This document shows positions 37,599-46,900 of a stretch of 64,000 bases of DNA, one piece after another. The DNA is from an uncultured Acidimicrobiia bacterium (lineage in GTDB: Bacteria; Actinomycetota; Acidimicrobiia; Spongiisociales; ZC4RG35). Each line of letters begins with the position of its first letter. The stretch's first letter is position 1. The notes below the pieces were generated by a model, which searched no databases, was not told the DNA's origin, and saw only the letters and a list, made by a program, of their open reading frames with translations. Position numbers and translations under genes: made by a program. The stretch spans positions 204,105 through 268,104 of the forward strand of contig CAVXIT010000003.1 in the NCBI GenBank assembly GCA_963761985.1. The letters run 5' to 3'.

Positions 37599-38789
37599 GT
37601 GGAGCCGTTCGACTCGCCTGCAGAAGCAGCCTTCCGGGCCAAAGCGCTCGATTGGTTGGAAGCAAACGCCAAGAGGCATGAGAGCCCTCCGATTGCAGCT
37701 TCGGCGATCGTGGCCGAATGGTCGGCCGAAGAAGAGGACCGAAAACTTGCCGAGGCACGTGCCTGGCAGCGGCGCAAGTTCGACGCCGGTTGGGCTGGCA
37801 TCGCCTGGCCGAAGGAATACGGTGGTAGAGGCGGCAGCCTGGTCGAGCACGCCATCTTCATTTCAGAGGAACCGAGCTTCGATGTGCCCTTCGATGCGCT
37901 CGCGGTCGGGACCGGGTGGTGCGGGCCGGCGATTCTGATCCTGGGCACCGACGAGCAGAAGCGGCGCTATCTGCCACCGCTCCTCTCGGGTGAAGAGATA
38001 TGGTGCCAGTTGTTCTCCGAGCCAGCGGCTGGCTCGGATCTCGCTGCGCTCGGAACCCGGGCCGTCCGCGACGGCGACGAATGGGTTCTCAACGGGCAGA
38101 AGGTGTGGACCACATTCGCCCACAAGTCTGACTTTGGCCTGTGCATTGCCCGGACCGACCCAGCCGCACCGCAACATCGAGGTCTGAGCGCGTTTGTCGT
38201 CGACATGCGCACCGACGGAGTCGAGGCACGTCCACTCCGCCAGATGACGGGCGCGGCGAATTTCAATGAGGTCTTCCTCAGCGATGTGCGGGTGCCCGAC
38301 GATGCCCGCATCGGCGAGGTAGGAGACGGCTGGCGCGTGGTGATCACCACCTTCATGTTCGAGCGCACGTCGGTAGTGGCGGTTGGGTCCACCGTGGCGG
38401 ACGCCTTTATGGAGTTGCTGGCGGAACGCGCCCCGGCAGATCAGCGCCAGCGTGACCGTTTCCTCAAATCATGGGTCGCGGGGAAGGCACTCGGCTACAC
38501 CCAGCTGCGGATGCTGACCGCGCTGGCACAAGGCCGCATTCCCGGGCCCGAAGGATCGCTGGGGAAGCTCGTCGGGACGCTCCTGCTGACCGACATCTAT
38601 GACCAGGCGATTGAACTGCTCGGACCCGAGGGCCTCCTTGCCGGAAAAGACGCACCGGCCGACGGCGATTGGCAGGACGCTTTTCTGGGGACGCCGGGGC
38701 TGCGGATCGGAGGCGGGACCGATCAGATCCAGCGCAACATAATTGCCGAACGGATTCTGGGGCTGCCCAAAGATGCGCGGGGGACATGA
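37599..38789 (+). CDS. Acyl-CoA dehydrogenase family protein
   Basis: …GWAGIAWPKEYGG…CQLFSEPAAGSD…, an ACAD middle and C-terminal domain. Confidence 0.8.
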   Translation: MEPFDSPAEAAFRAKALDWLEANAKRHESPPIAASAIVAEWSAEEEDRKLAEARAWQRRKFDAGWAGIAWPKEYGGRGGSLVEHAIFISEEPSFDVPFDALAVGTGWCGPAILILGTDEQKRRYLPPLLSGEEIWCQLFSEPAAGSDLAALGTRAVRDGDEWVLNGQKVWTTFAHKSDFGLCIARTDPAAPQHRGLSAFVVDMRTDGVEARPLRQMTGAANFNEVFLSDVRVPDDARIGEVGDGWRVVITTFMFERTSVVAVGSTVADAFMELLAERAPADQRQRDRFLKSWVAGKALGYTQLRMLTALAQGRIPGPEGSLGKLVGTLLLTDIYDQAIELLGPEGLLAGKDAPADGDWQDAFLGTPGLRIGGGTDQIQRNIIAERILGLPKDARGT

Positions 38790-39518
38790 GTGCGAATACG
38801 GGTCATCACGATCTTCCCGGAGTTCTTCGCTAGTCCGTTTTCGATTTCGATCGTTGCCCGCGCGATCGAATCAGGCGCCCTCACCGTCGAGCTGGTCGAC
38901 CTGCGCGAGTACGCGAAGGGGGCGCACCGCCAGGTCGATGACGCCCCGTTCGGCGGCGGCCCCGGCATGGTCATGATGATCGAGCCTCTCGACCGTGCCC
39001 TCGCCGATCGGACGGGACATCGCGTCCTGCTGGCTCCGGCCGGCAAACCCCTGCTGCACTCGATCCTCGAGCGTTGGGCGGCGCTTGACGAATTGACGTT
39101 GATCTGTGGTCGTTACGAAGGAGTGGACGAGCGCGTGGCCGAGCACCTCGTCGACGAGGAGGTGTCGTTGGGAGACTTCGTCCTCGCCGGCGGTGAAGTA
39201 GCGGCCGCGGCAATCATCGAAGGGATTGCCCGTCTGCTTCCGGGAGTGCTGGGAAACTCGGAGTCAATCGTGTCCGAGTCTTTTCGTTCTGGCCTCCTCG
39301 AGGAGCCGCAATACACGAGGCCCGCGTCATACAAAGGGTGGGATGTGCCGGAGGTTCTCCTGTCCGGTGACCATGGCCGGATCGCCGCGTGGCGAGCAGA
39401 GCAACGTCAGGATCGAACCGCCGCCCGCCGCCCCGACCTGTTGGGCGAGAACTTTCTAACCACCGACCCTGATAACATTCCTCCCTCCGCCCGATCGGTT
39501 TCCAAGGACTCTCGATGA
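38790..39518 (+). CDS. trmD: tRNA (guanine37-N1)-methyltransferase TrmD
   Basis: GTG start giving [13 protein letters not shown]…GGGPGMVMM…YEGVDERV…. Confidence 0.9.
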   Translation: MRIRVITIFPEFFASPFSISIVARAIESGALTVELVDLREYAKGAHRQVDDAPFGGGPGMVMMIEPLDRALADRTGHRVLLAPAGKPLLHSILERWAALDELTLICGRYEGVDERVAEHLVDEEVSLGDFVLAGGEVAAAAIIEGIARLLPGVLGNSESIVSESFRSGLLEEPQYTRPASYKGWDVPEVLLSGDHGRIAAWRAEQRQDRTAARRPDLLGENFLTTDPDNIPPSARSVSKDSR

Positions 39519-39859
39519 ACAAGCTCGACACGATCAGAAGCGCCTACGCGCGCGACGACATCCCCCAGTTTCGGCCGGGTGACACCGTCAAAGTCCACGT
39601 GCGGGTGGTCGAGGGGAACCGCGAGCGGACCCAGGTCTTCGAAGGCGTGGTGATCGCTCGCAACGGCAGCGGGCTCGACGCCACGTTCACCGTTCGCAAG
39701 CTGAGCTTCGGGGTGGGAGTCGAGCGAGTTTTCCCGGTCAACGCCCCCATCATTCAAAAGGTGGAGGTGACTCGCCGCGGCGACGTCCGACGATCCAAGC
39801 TCTATTACCTCCGGGACCGAGTCGGGAAGTCCGCCCGGATCAAGGAGAAGCGGGACTGA
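39515..39859 (+). CDS. rplS: 50S ribosomal protein L19
   Basis: …[35 protein letters not shown]…. Confidence 0.9.
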   Translation: MNKLDTIRSAYARDDIPQFRPGDTVKVHVRVVEGNRERTQVFEGVVIARNGSGLDATFTVRKLSFGVGVERVFPVNAPIIQKVEVTRRGDVRRSKLYYLRDRVGKSARIKEKRD

Positions 39860-39879
39860 GCTCCGGAACCGGGATTGAG

Positions 39880-40512
39880 GTGACCGAACGCCGGGCAGCC
39901 TCGTCCCGACCTAAGCCCAAGCGTCCGCTCTGGGCCGAGCTGACGATGTTGATCATCGTCGCGGTCTCGATCGCGGTTCTCATCAAGACGTTCCTGGTCC
40001 AGCCTTTCTACATCCCGAGCGACTCCATGGTCCCGACCATCCTTCCCAACGACCGGGTGATGGTTTCGAAGTTGAATTACCGTTTCAGTGAGCCACAGCG
40101 CGGGGATCTGGTCGTGTTCGTTTCCCCGTTCAACGACGAGTTCGATCAGGAGACTTTTTTCAATAGCGTGCTGCGCCACATCGTCGAAGCGGTCGGGATT
40201 CGGACCGCTTCAGCCGATGATCTCATCAAGCGGATCGTTGGCCTTCCAGGAGACGAGATCGTGATTCGCGAAGGAAAGCTTTTCGTCAACGGCGGTGAGG
40301 TGAGCGAGCCCTATCTGCTGGAGCCCGGAGTCATGCCGGACTTTGGACCCGTGATCGTGGCAGAGGACTCGGTATTCGTCATGGGGGACAACCGGGCCAT
40401 CAGCTATGACAGCACCCGGTTTGGGGCGATCCCCATGGATCACATTCTCGGCGAGGCTGTCCTCCGCATTTGGCCGGTAGCTCGTTTCGGCGCGGTCGAC
40501 GTCCAGAAGTAG
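39880..40512 (+). CDS. lepB: Signal peptidase I
   Basis: …IPSDSMVPTIL… (catalytic Ser box)…GDNR…. Confidence 0.85.
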   Translation: MTERRAASSRPKPKRPLWAELTMLIIVAVSIAVLIKTFLVQPFYIPSDSMVPTILPNDRVMVSKLNYRFSEPQRGDLVVFVSPFNDEFDQETFFNSVLRHIVEAVGIRTASADDLIKRIVGLPGDEIVIREGKLFVNGGEVSEPYLLEPGVMPDFGPVIVAEDSVFVMGDNRAISYDSTRFGAIPMDHILGEAVLRIWPVARFGAVDVQK

Positions 40513-40550
40513 GCAGTCGATCTGTCCCTCGCAGCTGGTAGGCAGGATCC

Positions 40551-40919
40551 ATGGATTGGCCAGTGAATTGGCTTGGTTGCTCGCACCTGTCGACTGCCGA
40601 GCTCGGCAGACTCGGTGAGGATGAAGCCGCTCGTTTTCTGTCCCGCCGCCACGTCGAGATCATTGCCCGCAACGTATTGGTAGAGAAGGGCGAGCTCGAC
40701 CTGATTGCCCGCGTCGATGGAAAGCGAACGGCGGTCGAGGTGCGTTCCGTTCGGCGAAATGGGGCCAGTTCGGTCGTTCCTCTCGACGCATTCGACTCTG
40801 TCAAAGCCATGCAGGTTCGGAAACTTGCGGCCGCAGCGCGTTGTCGCCGGGTGGATCTGATCTGCGTTTCCTTTCATCCGGGTGGCATGGACCTGCACTG
40901 GGTGCCGGAGATCTCCTAG
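40551..40919 (+). CDS. YraN-family (UPF0102) endonuclease-like protein
   Basis: …GEDEAARFL…GELDLIAR…VEVRS…. Confidence 0.7.
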   Translation: MDWPVNWLGCSHLSTAELGRLGEDEAARFLSRRHVEIIARNVLVEKGELDLIARVDGKRTAVEVRSVRRNGASSVVPLDAFDSVKAMQVRKLAAAARCRRVDLICVSFHPGGMDLHWVPEIS

Positions 40920-40944
40920 CTCCGCCGGTAGCCTGCCCGACTCG

Positions 40945-41826
40945 ATGGATGCAATCGTCGTGGAAGGTCTCCACAAGCGTTACCGAAGAACTGTCGCACT
41001 CGATGGGCTTTCCTTTGCAATCCCGGCTGGACAGGTCACTGGCTTTCTCGGCCCCAACGGCGCCGGTAAGACAACGACCTTCCGCTCCATCCTCGGTTTG
41101 ACCCGACCCGACTCCGGGACAATGCAGGTACTCGGCATGTCAGTGGCGACCAGCCTTCCCCGGATCGTCAAACGACTGGGTGTGATCGTCGAGGAACCAG
41201 GTCTCATCAAAGGATTGAGCGGACGTAACAACCTTCGCGTCGCGGCCCGCACCCTGGGGAAAGGACGAGACAAGGTCGACGAGCTCTTGCGCTATGTAGG
41301 GCTTGAAGCCGACGGGCGACGCCGGATCGACGGCTATTCCAAGGGGATGCGCCAGCGCTTGGCTTTGGCCGCAGCTCTCCTGGGTGAGCCTGAACTTCTG
41401 ATCCTGGATGAACCCCTCGACGGACTCGACCCCGCCGGCCAGGCGCAAATCAAAGCCAACCTGCGACACATCGCCAGAGAAGGAAGGACCGTCGTCGTTT
41501 CGTCTCACAACCTGGCTGATGTCGAGGCGATGGCCGATCACGTGCTCATGATCAACAAAGGCAAGCTGGTCACGAGCGGCCCCATGAACGAGCTCCTCGC
41601 GCGCACGGGTTACCTGCTCGAGGTAAGCGATCAAACCGCGGCGCTCGCCGTGCTGACCGATGCCGGCATCTCCGCGGAGATCGCGGGCGACCGCATCGAA
41701 GTTGCCTCCGATGACGGGCAGGCCATCTCCCGCTCGTTGGCGGCCGCAGGCATCTATCCAATTGAGCTCGCCCGCAAGACCGGCCGGCTGGAAGAACTAT
41801 TCCTCGACCTCACCACGCGGCAATGA
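40945..41826 (+). CDS. ABC transporter ATP-binding protein
   Basis: GPNGAGKTT (Walker A), LSGGMRQRL-like signature (YSKGMRQRLALA), ILDEP (Walker B). Confidence 0.85.
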   Translation: MDAIVVEGLHKRYRRTVALDGLSFAIPAGQVTGFLGPNGAGKTTTFRSILGLTRPDSGTMQVLGMSVATSLPRIVKRLGVIVEEPGLIKGLSGRNNLRVAARTLGKGRDKVDELLRYVGLEADGRRRIDGYSKGMRQRLALAAALLGEPELLILDEPLDGLDPAGQAQIKANLRHIAREGRTVVVSSHNLADVEAMADHVLMINKGKLVTSGPMNELLARTGYLLEVSDQTAALAVLTDAGISAEIAGDRIEVASDDGQAISRSLAAAGIYPIELARKTGRLEELFLDLTTRQ

Positions 41827-41830
41827 TCTG

Positions 41831-42586
41831 ATGCTCGGGCTCATCGCGGCCGAAGTCATCAAGACTTTCCGACGCCGGACCTTTTGGGTTCTCACCGTCG
41901 TGCTCACCCTGCTCACTGCCTTCCTCGTAGGAATCTTCTTCTTCCTGCCGCGAGTGATCGAAGAGGGTTTCCCGGCAATTACGAAGCCCGACGCGTACAT
42001 CTTCGGCGCTTCTCAGGTCATCGGGCAGACCTGGTTTCCTCTGATCCTGGCATCGATGGGGCTGGCTGGTGAGCTGTCGACTTCGGCCTGGGCTACGGCT
42101 TTGACGAGGAACAGCCGACGAGGCCAGCACCTGTTCGCGCGGCTCTTCACTGCGACGTTTTCGGCCTGGTTCTCGATGTTGCTGGCGATTGTCTTGTTTT
42201 CGGTGGCGGCTTTCTTCTTCGCCACAGGGAGCGGCGAGCCCACCCTCGAGGAGTGGCTGGGCATTGCCTGGAAGGCGCTGTTGATCCAATTCACCTGGGT
42301 GGCGATTGGCCTCGCCTTCTCTGCCTGGCTTCGTTCGGTAGGACCGGCGATCGGAGCCGCCATCGCCTTCAGCTTCATCGAAGGGCTCCTGATCCTCTGG
42401 TCGGGCTGGCGCAAGGTGTCGTTGTCGCTGGCCAGCTCGGCCATCCTTGGCGAGCTCGACGTCAGCGGGTTTGGCCAGGTGCTGGGCGACCTGCCCGAGT
42501 TTCGGACGGCGCTAGTGACGGTGATTGCCTGGGCGGTGGGTGCCGCGCTACTCGCCTGGCTCGGCCTGCGCCTGCGCGATGCTTAG
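41831..42586 (+). CDS. ABC-2-type transporter permease (6 TM)
   Basis: Hydrophobic throughout. Immediately downstream of the ATPase; TGA…ATG spacing of 4 nt. Confidence 0.7.
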   Translation: MLGLIAAEVIKTFRRRTFWVLTVVLTLLTAFLVGIFFFLPRVIEEGFPAITKPDAYIFGASQVIGQTWFPLILASMGLAGELSTSAWATALTRNSRRGQHLFARLFTATFSAWFSMLLAIVLFSVAAFFFATGSGEPTLEEWLGIAWKALLIQFTWVAIGLAFSAWLRSVGPAIGAAIAFSFIEGLLILWSGWRKVSLSLASSAILGELDVSGFGQVLGDLPEFRTALVTVIAWAVGAALLAWLGLRLRDA

Positions 42587-42598
42587 TGCTTCTTGGGC

Positions 42599-42891
42599 CT
42601 AGCTCTTGCCGAGGAGGCGCCGGGTTTCCTTGTACCAACAGCCCTGATGCCAATGCCGGCGAAGGTCGGGCTCGTCGTCCGGAACGACCACCAGGTGGAA
42701 CATGCCGGGAGGAATGACCCCATTACATCCCGGGCACGTGTAGGGCTTGCGGGCGGCGTAGGACTGAACCGCGGTGACCGTTACCCCCAGATCGCCCATG
42801 CCAGAAGCCCCACGATGACGGCGATGGTTGCCGCGACCACGACCAGGTCGAGGGCGTCCTTGCGAGCCGGGCGGAAGGGGTTGAAGCCCAC
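42599..42891 (-). CDS. Small protein with an N-terminal TM helix and a C-terminal CxxC…H…H…C zinc-ribbon-like motif. Split across two overlapping frames at a G5 (plus-strand C5) run 42784-42788, so probably a single roughly 100-aa gene.
   Basis: GTG at 42891 gives MGFNPFRPARKDALDLVVVAATIAVIVGLLAWAIWG*. The overlapping frame gives MGDLGVTVTAVQSYAARKPYTCPGCNGVIPPGMFHLVVVPDDEPDLRRHWHQGCWYKE…. Confidence 0.45.
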
Positions 42892-42929
42892 GAAGTGGAC
42901 GTTAACGGTCGACAGCTAGCGTCCCCGCG

Positions 42930-43703
42930 ATGACCTGGTTCCTCACCGAAGACCGTGACATGGTCAGGACGATCACCCTCAATCGCCCCGAGCGAAGGAA
43001 TGCGATTCCGCCTGAGGGCTGGCCCGAGTTGCGGCAAGCGTTTCTGGATTTCGAGACATCCGCACAGCGGGTGCTGGTAGTGACCGGAGCAGGCGGCGCT
43101 TTCTCCTCGGGTGCCGATCTCGACCCTGAAAGAGCTGACCGGAATGTTGTCGCCGCCCGCCGGCGGATGAAAGTCGTCGGAGACGCAGCTTCTGCCCTGC
43201 ATCGGTTGAGCAAACCGACCCTGGCGGTCGTTGACGGCGTGGCCGCCGGCGCCGGGATGAACCTGGCCCTCGGCTGCGACCTGGTGATTGCGACCCCGCG
43301 GGCGAGGTTCAGTGAAATCTTTGTGAAGCGCGGTCTTACTGTCGATTTTGGAGGCAGCTGGCTCCTGCCCCGGATTGTCGGTTTGCAACGAGCCAAAGAA
43401 CTGGCGCTCACCGGCCGGATGGTCGAGGCCGAGGAGGCTCTCTCGCTTGGCCTTGTACTCGAAGTTGTCGACCCCGAGAGGCTCGCCGATCGGATCGCCG
43501 AACTGACAGCTGCGCTGGCCGCCGGTGCCCCCGTTGCACAAATGTTCGCCAAACAAAGCCTCAATCGCGCCTTCCAGGTCAGCTTTGCCCAGGCTCTCAA
43601 CGACGAAGGCCAATCGCAGGCGATCTGTCTGACCAGCGATGATGCCGTCGAGGGCGTGACTGCTTTCCTCGAGAAACGTCCGGCGCGTTTTACCGGCCGA
43701 TAG
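42930..43703 (+). CDS. Enoyl-CoA hydratase/isomerase family protein
   Basis: …VVTGAGGAFSSGADL…AVVDGVAAGAGMNLALGCD…. Confidence 0.85.
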   Translation: MTWFLTEDRDMVRTITLNRPERRNAIPPEGWPELRQAFLDFETSAQRVLVVTGAGGAFSSGADLDPERADRNVVAARRRMKVVGDAASALHRLSKPTLAVVDGVAAGAGMNLALGCDLVIATPRARFSEIFVKRGLTVDFGGSWLLPRIVGLQRAKELALTGRMVEAEEALSLGLVLEVVDPERLADRIAELTAALAAGAPVAQMFAKQSLNRAFQVSFAQALNDEGQSQAICLTSDDAVEGVTAFLEKRPARFTGR

Positions 43704-43753
43704 CGCGGGCGACCCTCTAGAAGTCGTCGGCGCGGCCCCGTACAACGGGAGGC

Positions 43754-45223
43754 GTGTTTTCACAGACGGTGTCGGTGGCCATGGTCGGGGCCGAGCCGCG
43801 CGCGGTGCGGATCGAAGCGCATGTGGGAGCGGCGCTGGAGAAGTTCACCCTGGTCGGGCTTCCCGACACTTCAATCCGCGAGGCAAAGCAGCGGGTCAAG
43901 GCTGCGATCACCTCCAGTGGTCACAAGTTCCCGAGCCGCAACATCACTGTCAATCTCTCGCCGGCCGATCTGCCGAAAGCCGGAGCTGACTACGACCTCC
44001 CCATAGCGCTTGGCGTCCTCGCGGCGGCGAGGGCGATTCCACCTTTCACTCGTGTGATAGTGGCGGGCGAGCTTGCCCTCGACGGCACCGTGCGACGCAG
44101 TCGCTGGGCAATCGGAGCCGGATTGCTCGCGGCCAAGCGCGGCTGGCCCTGCCTGGTGGCCAAAGCCGACGCGCCCAATGCCGCCCGCGTCCCGGGTGCC
44201 CGGGTGTTTGGCATCTCGAGCCTGGCGGAGGCGGTCGCGTTCGCAACCAGCCCTCCCGAGCCGACATCGCCCGCGCCCCGGGAAGCGCCGGGGGACGACG
44301 GAATCGACATGGCAGAGGTGCGGGGCCAGCCATTTGCGCGACGCGCGCTCGAGATCGCGGCGGCGGGCGGTCATCACGTCCTGATGGTGGGCTCGCCGGG
44401 TTGTGGGAAGACGATGCTGGCCAAGCGATTTCCCGCCTTGCTTCCCCTGCTGACCGATCAGGAAGCAGTCGAAGTCGCCTGCCTGTGGGCGGCCGCGGAC
44501 CGACCGCGCCGGTTTTCTTCCCAACCTCCTTTCCGCTCTCCACATCACTCGGCCTCGATGGCCGCGATCCTCGGAGGGGGTAGCCCGCACCCGACCCCGG
44601 GCGAGGTCTCGTTAGCTCATCACGGAGTTCTATTCCTGGATGAGCTAGGGGAGTTTCCTCCGCACCTGCTCAACGCCTTGCGCCAGCCCCTGGAGGATGG
44701 AAAGGTCACCATTGCCCGGCGGGGTTCGAGCCTGACGTTTCCAGCGAGGTCGCAGGTAATTGCCGCTTCCAATCCATGTCCGTGCGGATTCAGCGGCGAT
44801 CGGGTGGTCTCGTGTAAATGCTCGGCGGCGGAGATCGCCCGATACCGGAAACGATTGGCTGAACCATTTCTCGATCGTTTCGATTTGCGTCTGGCGATGA
44901 CCGCGCCCGAACCCGAAGCGCTTTTGGGTCCACCGGGAGAAAGCTCGACGGGGATCAGGCAACGGGTTGAAGGTGCCCGACGGCGGCAGCTAGATCGGGC
45001 CAATTGCACCAACTCCCAGCTGGGACGGGCGGCCCTCGACTCCCTCGTCTACACCGATGACGCACTCGACTTGATCAGGGTTGCTTTGCGCAAGGGCTTT
45101 CTGACCGGCCGCGGCGCTGACCGGGTTCGGCGGGTCGCGCGCACCATTGCAGACATGGAAGCTGGCGAAGTAGTCGCCGAGCCGCAGGTCGCTGAGGCAA
45201 TTGCCTACCGGGGGAGCTTTTGA
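43754..45223 (+). CDS. comM: YifB/ComM-family Mg-chelatase-like AAA+ ATPase
   Basis: …MVGSPGCGKTMLA…GVLFLDELGEF…NPCPCG…. Confidence 0.85.
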   Translation: MFSQTVSVAMVGAEPRAVRIEAHVGAALEKFTLVGLPDTSIREAKQRVKAAITSSGHKFPSRNITVNLSPADLPKAGADYDLPIALGVLAAARAIPPFTRVIVAGELALDGTVRRSRWAIGAGLLAAKRGWPCLVAKADAPNAARVPGARVFGISSLAEAVAFATSPPEPTSPAPREAPGDDGIDMAEVRGQPFARRALEIAAAGGHHVLMVGSPGCGKTMLAKRFPALLPLLTDQEAVEVACLWAAADRPRRFSSQPPFRSPHHSASMAAILGGGSPHPTPGEVSLAHHGVLFLDELGEFPPHLLNALRQPLEDGKVTIARRGSSLTFPARSQVIAASNPCPCGFSGDRVVSCKCSAAEIARYRKRLAEPFLDRFDLRLAMTAPEPEALLGPPGESSTGIRQRVEGARRRQLDRANCTNSQLGRAALDSLVYTDDALDLIRVALRKGFLTGRGADRVRRVARTIADMEAGEVVAEPQVAEAIAYRGSF

Positions 45224-45978
45224 AACAGGAGACCTTGCCCGTTTACGCGGCCGGCCCGCCGGACTTGCCGACTCGACTGTGGGTCGAAGGGACGCTCCCT
45301 CCCACACCCGGTGTGGCCATCGTGGGCAGTCGCCGCTCGACTTCCTATGGAGATCGAATCGCACGCTCGTTCGCAGCAGCGGTTGTCCAGTGCGGCTGGC
45401 CGGTGATATCCGGACTCGCCCGAGGGATTGACGGGGTAGCGCATCGCGCCTGCCTCGACGCCAGCGGCACGGGGTGGGCAGTGCTTGGCTCCGGGCTCGA
45501 CACGGTGTATCCCAAACAGCACGAGGCCCTCGCCCGGAATTTGGTCGAGACCGGTGGCGGCCTACTGAGCGAGTATCCACCCGGTACTCCTCCGGCTCCC
45601 TTCAGATTTCCGGCCCGCAATCGGATCATCGCCGCCTTGTCGGCTGTGACCGTCGTTGTCGAGGCGGCCGTCGATGGAGGAGCATTGATCACGGCCCGGC
45701 TCGCCCTCGAGATGGGAAGAGAGGTCCTGGTGGTGCCCGGCGATATCGATCGTTTGGTTTCCCAGGGCTGCAATCTCTTGATTCGGGACGGGGCTCACCC
45801 GGTCCTGGGGGCAGCGGACCTTATCGAGTTGCTGAGCTTTGTCATGGGCCCGCCTCCAAAACTCCCAGACGTGCGCCTCGACGTAAGTGACAAGTCGATC
45901 GAAGCCGTGCTGGCCGGCAGCCAGGCGCCAGTGGGGGACACTCTGGCGGGCCTGATCCGCAATCAATTGCTCGACTAG
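45220..45978 (+). CDS. dprA: DNA processing protein DprA (short form; Rossmann-like DNA-binding core only)
   Basis: …VAIVGSRRSTSYG…ISGLARGIDG…VLGSGLD…PARNRIIAALS…. Confidence 0.8.
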   Translation: MKQETLPVYAAGPPDLPTRLWVEGTLPPTPGVAIVGSRRSTSYGDRIARSFAAAVVQCGWPVISGLARGIDGVAHRACLDASGTGWAVLGSGLDTVYPKQHEALARNLVETGGGLLSEYPPGTPPAPFRFPARNRIIAALSAVTVVVEAAVDGGALITARLALEMGREVLVVPGDIDRLVSQGCNLLIRDGAHPVLGAADLIELLSFVMGPPPKLPDVRLDVSDKSIEAVLAGSQAPVGDTLAGLIRNQLLD

Positions 45979-46030
45979 GCAATTGCGCGAATAGTCAGGA
46001 CTCCCTCGCCAACCGCCTTAGCCTTGATGG

Positions 46031-46900
46031 GTGACCGCGGGAGAAACAGAACTCGCTGAATATCTCGATCGCCTCGTCACCCAGCGTCGGCTGAGTGCAC
46101 ACACGGTGGCCGCCTACCGGCGGGACCTTGCTCAATTTCTGGAGTTCTGCGTTGGGAAGGGAATTGAGCGGTTGACCGAGCTCGATCGGAACGGGATCCG
46201 CCGCTACCTCGCCTACCTGCAGCGAAAGGGTCTCAGCAAGCGTTCCGTCGCCCGCAAGTCCTCGGCGGTTCGAGGGTTTCTTGGCGATCTCGCCAAACGT
46301 GGTCAGCTACCCGCCAATCCTGCCAGCCAGCTCGCTCGCCCGCGCCTGCCCGAGCGTCTTCCCCGGGCTCTCCCCAGTCGCCAGCTCGGCTCGCTTCTTG
46401 ACGAACTGCCAGCGAGCACGCCGGTCGAATTGCGGGATCGAGCGATCCTCGAAGTCCTTTACGGAACCGGGCTGCGGGTGTCCGAGCTCGCCCAGCTCCG
46501 AGTCGACGACCTCAAAGGCGACTTTGTCACCGTAACCGGCAAGGGCGGCAAGGTCCGGGCGGTTCCGATTGGCAAACCGGCGCGTCGGGCCGTAGTGGCC
46601 TACCTCGAAAATGGCCGGGGAAGGCTGGCCAAAACTCTGGCTGCGGAGGCCCTGTGGGTGGGGAGCCGAGGGGGCAGCCTCGACGAACGCGGTATCCGGC
46701 GCGTGGTCCGCAATCGGGCCGCGACCTTTCCCCACGCCCTTCGTCACTCCTTCGCCACCCACTTGCTCGAAGGGGGAGCAGATCTCCGTTCGGTGCAGGA
46801 GCTTTTGGGGCACCGCGACCTGGCGACAACCCAGATTTACACTGCCATCTCCCGCCAACACCTGCAAAGAACCTATGACCTCAGCCATCCAAGGGCATGA
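46031..46900 (+). CDS. xerC: Tyrosine recombinase XerC (chromosome dimer resolution). Not an element integrase by context.
   Basis: …LRHSFATHLLEGGADLRSVQELLGHRDLATTQIYT… (the R…H-x-x-R…Y catalytic motif). Confidence 0.85.
   Translation: MTAGETELAEYLDRLVTQRRLSAHTVAAYRRDLAQFLEFCVGKGIERLTELDRNGIRRYLAYLQRKGLSKRSVARKSSAVRGFLGDLAKRGQLPANPASQLARPRLPERLPRALPSRQLGSLLDELPASTPVELRDRAILEVLYGTGLRVSELAQLRVDDLKGDFVTVTGKGGKVRAVPIGKPARRAVVAYLENGRGRLAKTLAAEALWVGSRGGSLDERGIRRVVRNRAATFPHALRHSFATHLLEGGADLRSVQELLGHRDLATTQIYTAISRQHLQRTYDLSHPRA

Noticed and set aside
40513-40550. Absence of rnhB between lepB and yraN
   Set aside because: In many actinobacteria RNase HII lies between them, but the 38-bp gap here cannot hold a gene. 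The gene may simply be elsewhere in the genome, which cannot be judged from this window.
46031-46900. Tyrosine recombinase as a possible integrase of a mobile element
   Set aside because: It sits in the conserved dprA–xerC–(sigma)–rpsB–tsf housekeeping context. No flanking att-like repeats, tRNA gene or phage or plasmid genes are present, which is consistent with chromosomal XerC.
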